The notes under the pieces: generated by a model
What the model saw: only the letters and a program-made list of their open reading frames with translations
What the model was told of the DNA's origin: nothing
The model's database searches: none
From: Dendrobates tinctorius
Taxonomy: Eukaryota
DNA length: 64,000 nucleotides
Reading direction: 5' to 3'
Assembly (NCBI RefSeq): GCF_039654945.1
Contig: NW_027361841.1
Span: forward strand, 8,804,001 to 8,868,000
Position numbers and translations under genes: made by a program
Part shown: piece after piece, positions 1 to 12,009 of the stretch
Numbering within the stretch: position 1 is the stretch's first letter
How the letters are laid out: every line of letters begins with the position of its first letter

Positions 1-189
1 CAGTGTCTGATGTCCACCTTTGGAATGCTCCAGTGTATTGTGGGCCCCATATATCATTCACCAGAGTATAGTGCTCCCCAAAAATTGCTGTCCCAACATT
101 GAAAACAATTACATATGTCTCCTTGCTAGGGAATCCCTGCACTACTCTGAACTCCTTGTCGTCCCCATCTTCCATCTCACCGCACTTGG

Positions 190-468
190 CTGTTTAGGCC
201 CTCCCACCAGCACAGACACTTTTGCGTACTATGCGGTGCCCTGTGCCAGTGCCATCGCCCATGAGTATGCCCCCCCACCTGCTCAAGGAACCTGCACTTT
301 CATCTGCACCTTCCTCTTTGTCACCGTGTATGGTGGTATAGTATGTGGGAAGGGGAACCTGAGTTTCCTCTGGGTCAGATTCTGGCAGTGTAGAGTGCGA
401 GGGGAATGTAGTGGTCTGGGTCAATGTACCAGCAGCATCATCCAGCAGTGGCTGGGCCTCAGTGCACT
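190..468 (-). pseudogene. Internally deleted relic of a related hAT element (transposase N-terminal fragment fused to 3'-region sequence)
   Basis: Translation CTEAQPLLDDAAGTLTQ..ESDPEETQVPLPTYYTTIHGDKEEGA matches CTDTQRLIDDSAGTFSQ..DSDPDETQVPLPAYYTTIHGDTEEGA of the transposase (~6225-6397); ~190-290 resembles ~3258-3345. Confidence 0.75.
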
Positions 469-1513
469 TGTGGTGTCCCCAAGAGTACGGTCGCCACTGT
501 GGCATTACCTTCCTCCTAGGGAGTGTGTTGTCAAGCAACGAAGGATCTCTCTAGCAGTGAAACCAACACACAACACATTTCCCACTCCAGGCTAGCAGGG
601 AGACCTCTGAACCTGACTGCTGAGGAGCTGCTCTCTATGGTCGAGAGGAGGTAAGTTAGGGCACTCTGTGCAGGGAAGGGGAAGTGTGTGGACGTGAGAA
701 GGGGAGCTGGAGGATGAGCAGAGTTAAGGCTCACTCCTAGCTGGAGCGCATGGTCCCAATTCTGGTCTCAGAGTTTGTAGGGACACTGACGTTCCTGCAG
801 CAGAAACCGGGGGAAGTAGCAGCTATAAATGCTCTGTGCCCAACTAAGGCTCGGAGGCCCCAGCATCGACGTGTGGGAGCCAGAAGGAAAAGGCTACAGC
901 TGTCTGCCATACAAGTAAAGTCTGAGGAACATCTGTTAGACAGGAGGCGCTTCAGTGAACCATGGTCCTGTGAGTGCTTCCCCCACAAGCGCTAGAAAGG
1001 AGACGTTCAGGAAGGTACATGTTGGCGGAGTGTTGGAAGGGAGCTTTCCATTTTGGTCCCGGAGGTTGGCTGAGGTCCTGACCTGGAGGACACAGCATGG
1101 AGGCAGGCATCTGTGTAACCTGCAGACTGTGAGTAAAGCTTTGGAACTGCACGCTCTGGTGTCCTACAGTTATTCCAGCACCGCTACATCTGGGTACCAG
1201 CACCTACACCGCCTGTGCCTTTCCCCATCACTACATCTACACTTCCCTGGGACTCCAGCTCCACCTGTGGGGAGCTTCACCATCTTTACTGCATAACACC
1301 ATCAGTCCCAGAGGATCTGCATGCAGCATCGGCCTAACATCTATGTTGCCGAACACCACAGGTGGCGTCAAACTATCTATATAAACTCTTTACCATTATA
1401 CCATGCCATTTTCATGGGCATCCAGGGTCACCGTCCGGGTCACCGCTGCTGTGACACAACCCACTGACACCGGCCCAGTACCGAGTACCCCACAGCCCTG
1501 GGAGGGCGACCCA
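469..1513. mobile_element. Probable solo LTR of an LTR retrotransposon
   Basis: Begins TGTGGTGTCCCC exactly where hAT homology stops and ends GGGCGACCCA exactly where 18S homology starts; TG...CA ends with a weak terminal inverted repeat; no TSD. Confidence 0.45.
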
Positions 1514-2060
1514 TATGCCGACTGCTGATCGGGCGGCGTTATTCCCACAAACCTCCAAACAGCATCCATGAAGGCAAAGTTTTTGGTTTCCGGGGGCAGT
1601 ATGATTGCAAAGCTGAACCTTAAGGGAATGTCCAAAAGGGCCCCACCAGGAGTGGAGCCTGTGACTTACTGGACTCCACCCGGGAAACCACAACCATGCC
1701 ACCTAAAGAAAAGATGCACACTTTGAAAGCTTTGTCGATTCTGTGTGTGGTGTGGTATGTGTGTTTGTAGTTGTGCTAGCGATTTCTCAGCTTTATTCCG
1801 TTAACAACCGAGACTCCGGCATGCCCCCGCAGTACGCGTCAAGCTTACTAGAGGGATAAGCGAGGCTCTGGCACGTGAGATCGAGCAATAGCAGGTCTAG
1901 CATTCCCGTACATGTCCAGGGCTGCATGCACGCTACACTGAAAGGACCAGCTTTTGTCGCTTACAGGTGCAGATAACATGCTGAACTCCGTTAGTGATGG
2001 GGATCTGGGATTCAGATTATTCCCCGCGAACGATGATTTCCCAGGAAGTTCAGGTCAACT
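1514..2060 (+). pseudogene. Degenerate 18S rRNA fragment (3' half of SSU rRNA)
   Basis: Recognisable, collinear diverged SSU motifs: GCGGCGTTATTCCCA, TTCCGGGGGCAGTATGATTGCAAAGCTGAACCTTAAGGGAAT, CCACCAGGAGTGGAGCCTG, GAGATCGAGCAATAGCAGGTCT, GGGCTGCATGCACGCTACACTGA, GTGATGGGGATCTGGGATT. Confidence 0.85.
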
Positions 2061-3524
2061 GCAATTCCGGAGTTAGGCCTAACCATCATTCCTGAAACAA
2101 TTACGTGTCCAAACCACAGGTGCTGTAGCTTGCTTAACAGCTCGGCAGCCGTTCTCAGGCCCAGTATGGATTCAACAACATTGTAGAAAGTTGCTAAAGG
2201 GTACAGTTTCACCGGATAACACGTATATATGTAGCCTAGTTTACACATTAAAAATTTATGTCTATAGATCAGGAGGAAGACTCAGATGTTCTCAGGCCCA
2301 GTATGGATTTGACCAGATTGTACAAAGTTGAGAAAGGGTACTTTATCACTGGATAGCAGGTATATATAGCATAGTTTAAACATGTAAAATCTCCGTGTTC
2401 TCAGTATGGATTACAAAACAATCTAAAAAGTGGAAAAAAAGGAAATGCATTTGAGGCGTACAGAAATATATACTTTTGTTGTTATTTTTAAATCTTCATA
2501 TATATTTCTGTCTCAGTAATACAGTCCAGCCTCTCCGCAATAGGAAATGAGATGCATACAATTACTGACATAAAGGCTAGTGATTGCGGAAATCTAGGAA
2601 TTACTATTCACGGGAAAAACTTCCGTCACAATTCTCATAGGCGATGCTGACCCTCAATTAATTTGTGTGTTGAGACAGTGAAAACATTTTTTTGTGAATA
2701 AAGTCTTGCTGTACCGCACTTCCGTTGATTCCATCACTGTTACTCATCTCAATCAAATTATTATCACAGGGAGCGATGTAAACATGGTGCTCACTGGCTA
2801 TCATGATCTGTCACGTAACTTTGGAGTGCAAAAGACAGAAGCCACAGGCCGTAAGCGATTCTATTTGATTGGCATGAGAGGGCACATTTTAAAATGTGCG
2901 CCGGAATGTCACACGTTTGTGAGTAGGAAAACTGTGAAAGCTGATGATAAACCACCACTGCATGTCATTGTGAGTCGACGTCCATAAGAAATGGAAGCCA
3001 TTGATCATCTGGAGCTAGAGCCCGGCCAGCAGGACAGGGCATAGCTACATCTTAACCATCATCTTTCAGTTCAATCAATTTGTAGTGGCACTCCCAGTGA
3101 AGGATTTGACAGCCCTGACTACACAGCGAAGGAGCAGGGAGAGGTAAACATTGCAAATGCTGGGGCCCTGCCCAAGCAAGGGGGGCACACTCGTGGGCGT
3201 TGGTACTGGCACTGGTCCCCTCATAGTACGGCGGTGAGTCTGATGGCGGGTGTGCACCACCACCATCAGAGACACTTGATTGCACTATGAGGGACCCTGT
3301 GCCAGTGCCCGCGCCCAAGAGTCGGCCTACCCACCTGTCCAGGGCAACGGCACTCGCACGGTTTCATGCGCTAGGTGGTGACCCCGGCCATGGGGGGGCA
3401 GCCCAGTTAGAGCGGTTTACAAAATGGCATATGTTGATGTGGGACATTCAGCTGCTGCAAAAGGCGAAATAGGTCAAGTTCGCGGAATAGGAGGAGGACC
3501 AAAGCAAGCCATTTTTCTGGCAAC

Positions 3525-6500
3525 CTATGTGTCATCAAGGGAAGGTGGGACAAAATCCTTGGAAACCCATGCATGGTTCATTTTAATGAAGGTTAGATCA
3601 TCCACATTTTGGGTTGACAGACGGGTCCTTTTTTCTGTCAGGATTGATCCAGCTGCACTGAAGACTCTTTCCGATAGCACACTTGCAGCTGGGCAAGAGA
3701 GCTCCTGTAAGGCATATTGTGCCAATTCAGGCCAGGTGTCCAGTTTAGCGGCCCAATAGTCAAAGAGGAATGACCTGTGCAGGAGAACATCGATATGGGA
3801 GGAAAAGTAGTTTGTAACCATAGTTGACAACTGCTGTCTCCAGTCACTTTCCATCGATGCAGTATTACCAGTTGTGTGAGCGGTACTTGAAAAATCAGTC
3901 CACAACATTGTCATGAAACCCCTGTCTCCAACGCCACTTCTGCTGTGTGCACCATGAACACCTCTGCCAAGTTGCCCCTGGCCTGTACGGCTCGTGTGAG
4001 AACCATCACCGCTGCTGTGTGCTGGGAATGCCTCAACCAACCGGTTTACCAGAGTTGCTTGTTTATTAGCCAATATTAGGTCAAGGTTCTCCTGTGGCAT
4101 GATGTTTTATAATTTGCCTTTATAGCGTGGATCCAGGATGCTTGCCAACCAGTAGTCGTCATCGTTCATCATTTTGGCAATGCGGGGGTCCCTTTTTAGG
4201 ATCTGCAAGACATAATCTGACATGTGGGCCAATGTTCCCGGTGTCAATGATGCACTGCGAGTGCTGGTTGGAGGAGCACTTTCTGGCAAATCCACATCCC
4301 TCCAGTCACGCACAAACCCTGTACCAGACCTTGCCACGCCAACATTTTCACTTGCCCCACGAGATGCATCCTCCTCCCCTAAGTAATCATCCTCATCATC
4401 ATCCTCCTCCTCCTCTTCTTCCTCCACCTCGTCCAGGAGAGGTCCCTGAGCAGACAATGGCTGAATGTCATCAAGGATTCCCTCCACCTCTTCCTCCTCG
4501 TCAACATTGGCTGCAGACACCTGCTCCTTAAGGTGTGTCAAAATTTGCATGAGCAGACGCATAAGTGGGATGCTCATGCTTAGGATGGCGTTGTCTGCGC
4601 TTACCAGCCGTGTGCATTCCTCAAAACACTGAAGGACTTTACAGAGGTCTTTCAGCTTCGACCACTGCACACCTGTCAACTCCATATCTGCTCTCAAAGT
4701 GCCTGGCCGTGTATCCTCCCACAAATGCATTATGGCCTGCCTCTGTTCGCACAGCCGCTCAACCATGTGCAGGGTGGAGTTCCACCTTGTTGCAATGTCG
4801 ATAATGAGGCGGTGGTTGTGAAGGTGGAGCAATTGCTGCAGCTTCTGCATACGAATGGAGTGTACAGGCGACCGGCGGATGTGCGCGCACAGTCTTCGCA
4901 CCTTCTGGAGCAGGGCTGTTAACTTCGGATAATTGTTGAGGAAGCACTGCACCACCAGGTTCAAGGTGTGAGCCAAGCAAGGTATGTGGCTGAGTTTTGA
5001 AAGGGCTATGGCTGCAACAAAATTACGGCCATTATCACTAACGACCTTGCCTGCCTCAAGATGTATACTGCCCAACCATGACTCAGTTTGTCGCTGAAAG
5101 TACTCGGCCAGCACCTCCGCAGTGTGTCTGTCGCCCAAACACATCATCTGCAACACAGCCTGCTGATGCTTTCCACTAGCTGCTCGATAGGGGGACACCT
5201 CGTGTCGTGTGCAACAGTGGCAGCTGCAGATGGAGTGCTCGTACGACTGCGCTCTGTGGATGAGCTTTCGCTTCTGGAGAAGGAGGAGGAGGGTCGAACG
5301 CCTACAGCCAACTGTTTCCTATACCGTGGGCTAGGCAGCTCTGTCCCACCACCGCTGTCCCCTGTGGACCCTGCATCCACCACATTAGCCCAGTGCGCAG
5401 TGATGGACACGTAATGGCCCTGGCCATGCCGACTGGACCATGCATCTGTTGTGAGGTGCACCTTTCCACTCACTGACTGCTTGAGTGCATGGACAATGCG
5501 GTCTTTCACATGATGGTGGAGGGCTGGGATGGCTTTGTGAGAGAAGAAGTGGTGACTGGGTAGGACATAGCGTGGTACTGCATAGGCCATTAGTTCACAG
5601 AAAGCTGCGCTTTCCACCAACCGATAGGGCATCATCTCTAACGAGATTAGTTTGGCAATGTGGGCGTTCAAACCCAGTGTACGCGGATGAGAGACTGAGT
5701 ACTTTCTTGACCTACTCATAGTCTCTTGGAGGGTGAGTTGGACTTGAGAGCTGCATATGGTGGAAATAGCGGTGGACAGGGCGGACTGAGAGAGGGTTGA
5801 TGATGGTGATGGAGTTGGTGTTCTTTCTGATGGCCTAGATTCAGTCTTTCGTTGATATAACAGTGGGATCCCCTGACTGCTTTGGCCTTGCAACGACACC
5901 TCAACATTTGCTGCTGTGCTAACCGGTGGGCTTACAGTGGGGGAAACAATGTAGCGTTGCTGACTACCTTCTTTGTGATCAGTTGCACATGTGGTACTTG
6001 AGGTTTGGTGTTGTGTCCACGCTTGCAAGTGCATGCTGGTTAAATGTCTAAGCATGCAACTGGTATTCAAATTTTTCAGATTTTTCCCTCGGCTAACGGT
6101 CTTTGCGCACTTCTTACAGATAACCTTGGCCTGATCATGAGGATTTTGTTCAAAAAAGTGCCACACTGCACTCTTCCTACTTTGGAAGACATTTTGCGGC
6201 CTAGCACGCTGTGCCTCCTCTTCAATGTCATGTGCACCTTCCTCTGTGTCACCGTGTATGGTGGTATAGTATGCGGGAAGGGGCACCTGAGTCTCATCAG
6301 GGTCAGAATCTGGCTCATTACACTGCGAGGACAATGTAGTGCTCTGACTGAATGTACCAGCAGAATCATCTATCAGTCGCTGTGTATCAGTGCACTCCAT
6401 GTCAGATTCATCTTGGCCTGGGTAATTCACCATTTCACTTGATAACCCAGGCATGGTATGTGAAAACAGCTCCATGGAGTAATCAGTTGTATGGCCTGCG

Positions 6501-6868
6501 TCATACTTCAATCTTGGTTGGGGTGAAGGACACAAGAAAAGGTGTGGTTCATGAACATGAGCCTCAAATGACGACTCACTGCTTTTATTTTTTACAACTT
6601 CAGAAGAGGAGGCGATAGAGCTGGAGGCTGAGTCAGCAATGTAAGCCAAAACTTTTTCCTGAAGCTCTGGCTTTAAAAGCGGTTTGCCAACTCCTAGAAA
6701 ACTAAGCCTTCGAGGCCTTGTGGAGCCAGACGATGATGCAGGCTCAACACCTCCTGCATTCGGTCCTATTTTGCTTTTGCCACTACCATCAGATCCACCA
6801 CCAACACCATCATTACCAGTTGGCAAACCCCGCCCAATTCCACAGCCTCTTCCACCAGCCTTCCTCAT
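3525..6868 (-). pseudogene. hAT (Ac-type, BED-finger) transposase, inactivated by one frameshift (~5190) and one in-frame TAA (4107-4109)
   Basis: BED finger SAVWHFF..CKKC..MLRHLTSMH; catalytic-region motifs TTDAWSS, VSDNGRN, CLAHTLNLVV, TRWNST; C-terminal hATC dimerisation motif WPELAQYALQELSCPAASVLSERVFSAAG..KRTRLS. Likely ATG at 6868, just after a splice acceptor at 6902-6901. Confidence 0.93.
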
Positions 6869-6934
6869 TTTTGGTAAAAATGTACACAAAATCCCACAAA
6901 CTATATAGTAAGGTAAAATAAGGTACAATGTGTA

Positions 6935-7764
6935 TATAGGACAGGGGAGATGTAGAATTTCTGAACACACTTGTGGACACTGTTGGATTGTGTGAGGCCC
7001 AGTGAATATCACACCGCTATGTCACAGGCTCAATGTCACAGGTGTGAAAAATGTCACTATAGGACAGGGGAGATGAAGAATTTCTGAACACACTTGTGGA
7101 CACTGTTGGATTGTGTGAGGCCCGGTGAATATCACACCGCTATGTCACAGGCTCAATGTCACAGGTGTGAAAAATGTCACTATAGGACAGGGGAGATGTA
7201 GAATTTCTGAACACATTTGTGGGCACTGTTGGATTGTGTGAGGCCCAGTTAATATCACACCGCTATGTCACAGTTTCAATGTCGCAGGTGTGAAAAATGT
7301 TACTATAGGACAGGGGAGATGTAGAATTTCTGAACACACTTGTGGACACTGTTGGATTGTGTGAGGCCCAGTGAATATCACACCGCTATGTCACAGGCTC
7401 AATGTCGCAGGTGTGAAAAATGTCACTATAGGACAGGGGAGATGTAGAATTTCTGAACACATTTGTGGGCACTGTTGGATTGTGTGAGGCCCAGTGAATA
7501 TCACACCGCTATGTCACAGTCTCAATGTCACAGGTGTGAAAAATGTCACTATAGGACAGGGGAGATGTAGAATTTCTGAACACACTTGTGGACACTGTTG
7601 GATTGTGTGAGGCCCAGTAAATATCACACCACTATGTCACAGGCTCAATGTCGCAGGTGTGAAAAATGTCACTATAGGACAGGAGAGATGTAGAATTTCT
7701 GAACACACTTGTGGACACTGTTGGATTGTGTGAGGCCCAGTGAATATCACACCGCTATGTCACA
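6935..7764. repeat. 123-bp tandem repeat, left portion (~6.7 units)
   Basis: AGGACAGGGGAGATG recurs at 6938, 7061, 7184... Confidence 0.97.
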
Positions 7765-7878
7765 CGATATGTATACCGTGGCACAGCTGAAATGGTGCAC
7801 AAAAAAGGTTCCCACACCAGAGAATATATAAAATAAATTTTTGGCACTCAACTTGAAATGATTGGTAGAATTTTATTC

Positions 7879-7932
7879 GCAGTCATAATAGACGTTTCGG
7901 TCAATTCATTCTGACCTTTCTCAATATACTGC
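7879..7932 (-). ncRNA. Minimal type-I hammerhead ribozyme (PLE pLTR)
   Basis: Reverse complement of GCAGTATA-TTGAGAA-A-GGTCA-GAATGAAT-TGACC-GAAAC-GTC-TATTATGACTGC. Confidence 0.75.
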
Positions 7933-9643
7933 AACGGTACAGAAGTTGAAAAGAATATATAATAACAATAAATCAAAACTATGAACAATAATGTATGATC
8001 ATCACATCAAGAAATAAAGACATCAAAATCATGTGCATGAGTGGTGGGAAGACCTAGATATAAAATGTGAACAAGAGGTAAAAGTCACAGAAAACGAAAA
8101 AAAGGAGGGGGGGGAAAATAAAGTATGAAACATACCCGACTGCTCTTGAGATGTAGAGAAAAATTGTGTGGCAGATATCTAGATTCAAATATATGTTCAT
8201 GTCAGTCAAAACAAGAAACCGGGGTGAGGTAAATATGTTCAGTATATGGGATCACTTACATAAAGGTATAACAGGGAGCAAAAGGGTCCGTGAATCAATT
8301 GCCTACGGTCCGAATGAAGCCTAAGTCGATATGAAAAAATAAGCCTTGTTATATGTTGACTATGGTAGGAGCATCGGTTTAAATATATATAGCAATCTGT
8401 GTATGAGGAAAATGACCAACCTGTGGTATATCATACAAAATTTCGTATGTCCTGCGACATGGGTCACTGGTATAAATGTACCTAGGCAATAAATAAGGTG
8501 TAAATAGATCTCTCCAGATCATACATTGATTGTTGAAGAAAATATATATACAGAGGATATATAATGAAAACCGTACCATATATGTCTCTATATGCAGGGT
8601 GATGGGACCCGGACCATAAATACACTAGAGATAAGTCTGTATGTCCCTGATCATGATATCCTTGTAAGTACTTGTCAATTCAAATCTGTATTGCCCCGTA
8701 ATTTCCTTTTTCTATCTGAAACCATGATCAAAAAATACGTCTTAGATGTCTGGCTTTCAGCCAGAATAAGTCATAAATATCTGACATTCAGCGTAAAAGA
8801 GCATGTCCCAAGAAAAATGTGTACCCACCATCAATGAACTTGGTAATGAGGCCCGGGTCCAAAACTCTGATTACCAATGCGGTCTATATAAGAGAATGTG
8901 GGTCAAAATGCGTCCCTACCGAAGGAATGACAATATATGAAAAGATAAACTAGTGAGGTCCCTTACCAGTATTAGATAGTAGTGTCTCCTGCCACAATGT
9001 AACTCGGCATCCACCGCTTGTTCATGGGCAAGGTGACAGTGGAAGGCGCTCATTTTTAAACATTAGGGGCGGGACTAACAATCCGGCCGTAAAACCGGAA
9101 GTACGTCACCGGAAGTGACGTCGCGCTATATGATAGTGTCAAATGACACTCGAAAGGGAATGTAAACATGAGATCCCTCATGATAAGTAGTGTACATGGC
9201 ACAATGGCACAAACACAGACATAGGAGTGTATGAGAAATGTTGTTTAATGGGAAGAATACGATATTTAGAGCAAACTATAATGTATATATAAGGCAGCGG
9301 GTAAGGAGATAGGGGAAATAGGAAAACGAGATGAGGAGAGGTCAGGGATCCAGAAGGAAGGGTCGGAAGGTGACAAATTGCATGTTGTCTATTCAATAGC
9401 GACGGCTCTGTAAAAGACAAAACTGTATGTCAATGAACATATATAAAAAAAGGATATGTATAAATGACTACATAGTAGTAGTATATCAATGTTTCCAATG
9501 TATAATATATATGCTGCAGAATATACCTGGTAAAACACAAAACTATGCATTACCCATGAGTTATGTATCTATAACGTCCTCACATCGGTGAAATAAGTCT
9601 GTTAGGGATTTGCAAATAATGAAGATACCCCATTGTTATAAGT

Positions 9644-12009
9644 TCAAATAAAGGACAAAAGATCATATTTCCTATTGAGACCCCTTGGAGATAGGGTCTC
9701 CAGCTCGTGTATCCAGTAAGCCTCTCTCTTTTTTAGAGTCTGGATCCGGTTGCCCCCTCGTCTTGGCAATGGGATCTGTTCAATAACCTGGAATTTCAAT
9801 TGGGGTATCGTATGTCCTGCACTAATGAAGTGATGGGGTAGGGGTAATAATGTGTTGCTGCATCTTATGGTGGACTTGTGTTTACTTATGCGGTCTTTTA
9901 TGGATTGTGTGGTTTCACCAATATAAAGGAGGCTACATGGGCACTTGATCAAATATACCACGTACGACGTTTCGCAGGTGGAATAGTCCTTAATCTTATA
10001 GCGTTTACCTGAATGTGGATGATGGAAGTAATTCCCCTTGAGGACATTGCTGCATTGATTACAATGTAAACATGGGTAAGTACCGGTTCTTGGTTGTGAT
10101 AAGAACCTCTGTGTGGAGGGGCGTGGTCCAGATCCTATATCAGCTTTGATCAGAGTGTCACGTATGTTACGAGGACGTTTGTAACACGGTAGGAAATCTT
10201 GTTGAAATTCTGGTATATCAGGATGTGCTTCCTTTAAGAGATTCCAATGTTTCCTAATCGTATGGTGGAGGATGTGAACATAGGGATGGAACGTGTGAAC
10301 AAAGGGTATGCGCCCAGTAACGGGTTGTTTGAGTGATGGTGAGGGTTGTAAAGCTTGATGTAATACATTAGGGGGATAGCCTCTCTCCCTAAATTTCTGA
10401 AACATCTCCTCCCTTCTCACATCATTAGTAACTGGATCCGTGACAATGCGTTCTAATCTTTTGAATTGAGAACGTGGTATGGATTTCTTTGTGGATGGTG
10501 GGTGAAGACTCTGGAAATGAAGTAGACTGTTACGGTCTGTAGGTTTTATATATAGATCTGTACTGAGTACCCCCTCTCCATCCTTGATAATCATGGTATC
10601 AAGAAAACTGACTCTGTATGAGTCCATAGTAATAGTGAATCTAAGGCCCGGCCAGGCTTGATTCAGTGTGGCAAAGAAATCTTCCAATGTGTCAGGTGGA
10701 CCTGTCCAAATACAGAACACGTCATCAATGAATCGTTTCCACATAATGCAATGTGTCATATAGCGGGGATCAGGATACACCACCTCATCTTCGAAGGTGG
10801 CCATGTATATGTTAGCATATGGGGGCGCTACGTTAGACCCCATTGCGGTCCCTTTCGCCTGTAGGTAGAATGTCTCCTCAAAAAGAAAGTGGTTTTTGGT
10901 GAGAACCACTGTGAGTAATTCGAGGCACATATCGATCATATCAGGGTGAAGACCCGACCGTGTCAGCAATTGTCTTACACATTGAATTCCCTGGTTATGG
11001 GGTATGGACGTGTAAAGATCTTTGACGTCAAAAGAGACCAAAATGGACTCTTTGGGTATGGTACCAATGTCCTTAATAGTGTCGAGAAAATCACCCGTAT
11101 CAAGTAGAAAGGATTGTGCTTTCCGTGTCAATGGGGTTAATATCTTCTCCAAGAAGATTGATATGGGAGATAAGATCGATTCAGAAGACGCTACAATGGG
11201 TCGGCCCGGGGGGCATTCTAAACTCTTGTGTACCTTCGGAAGCATGTAAAATACCGGTATAATAGGATGTGTTTTTATCAGGTATTCTTTTGTTTTGGAG
11301 TCTATGACTCCCTTTTCATGATAAGTAGTGAGAATGTTGGATATGATGTCACTAATCTCTCTTGTTGGGTCGTGTCCTAATTTGATATAGACTGATTCAT
11401 CGCCAAGTTGGCGAAGGGCTTCCCTGATGTAATCAGTCTTATCCATCACAACTATAGCCCCACCTTTATCAGCAGGTTTGATGATAATGTTATTGTCGCT
11501 ACGTAGGGACTGTAGGGCCTGAAAGTCTAAGTTAGTTAGATTGGAGGGGAAGTGTAGTAAACCATTATCAGTATCTCGACGGATTTTCGAGAATGCCTTC
11601 CCCCCACAAATTCAATGAAGGATTCAACAGCATGGGAGCTCTGTGGCGGTCTATAGGAGCTTTTATTCCGGAGGCCCAGATCTTTTATAGAAATCAGGGG
11701 TTGTCCCTCGGAGGGAGTGGGGTCACCACTCCGAACACTCATGGCAAAATGTGTAAGTAGTCTAATGCGACGAAAGAAGCGCTGTAATTCCATGTCAAGA
11801 TCAAAGGTACTTAGTTTGAAGGATGGGCAGAAAGACAGACCCTTCTGTAAAAGGTTGTATTCTGCAATGCCAAGGGACCTTGAAGAAATATTGATGACTA
11901 ACGAGCTTGTACCTGAGACCGTGTCACTCTGTAGAAGTCTGGACCTCTTCCTTCGTTGGCTACGGCGTGGCCTCTTCTTCTTGGACGTCGTCTGCGTTGG
12001 TCCAAAAAA
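9644..12009 (-). CDS. PLE ORF2: reverse transcriptase + Cys-rich linker + GIY-YIG endonuclease (frame break at the C6 run 11600-11605)
   Basis: KGLSFCP, IIKPADKGGAIVVMD, YMLPKVHK..PPGRPIV, SFDVKDLYTSIP, GTAMGS, KRFIDD, FLD, CLHCNQC, VVYLIKC..LYIGET, GLN. Confidence 0.93.

Noticed and set aside
1514-2060. Functional rRNA gene
   Set aside because: Partial, with substitutions in universally conserved positions and no flanking rDNA unit.
6869-7012. N-terminal extension MIFTGPH.. of the transposase ORF
   Set aside because: It starts inside the 123-bp repeat and predicted intron; ATG 6868 after the acceptor is more plausible.
6935-7764. Regular repeat array resembling CRISPR
   Set aside because: Contiguous 123-bp units without unique spacers, in a eukaryotic context with no cas genes.
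8379-9420. Small unspliced pLTR ORFs (66, 81 and 80 aa) repeated five times
   Set aside because: Their recurrence only reflects unit duplication; they run through predicted introns or are antisense to the spliced model.
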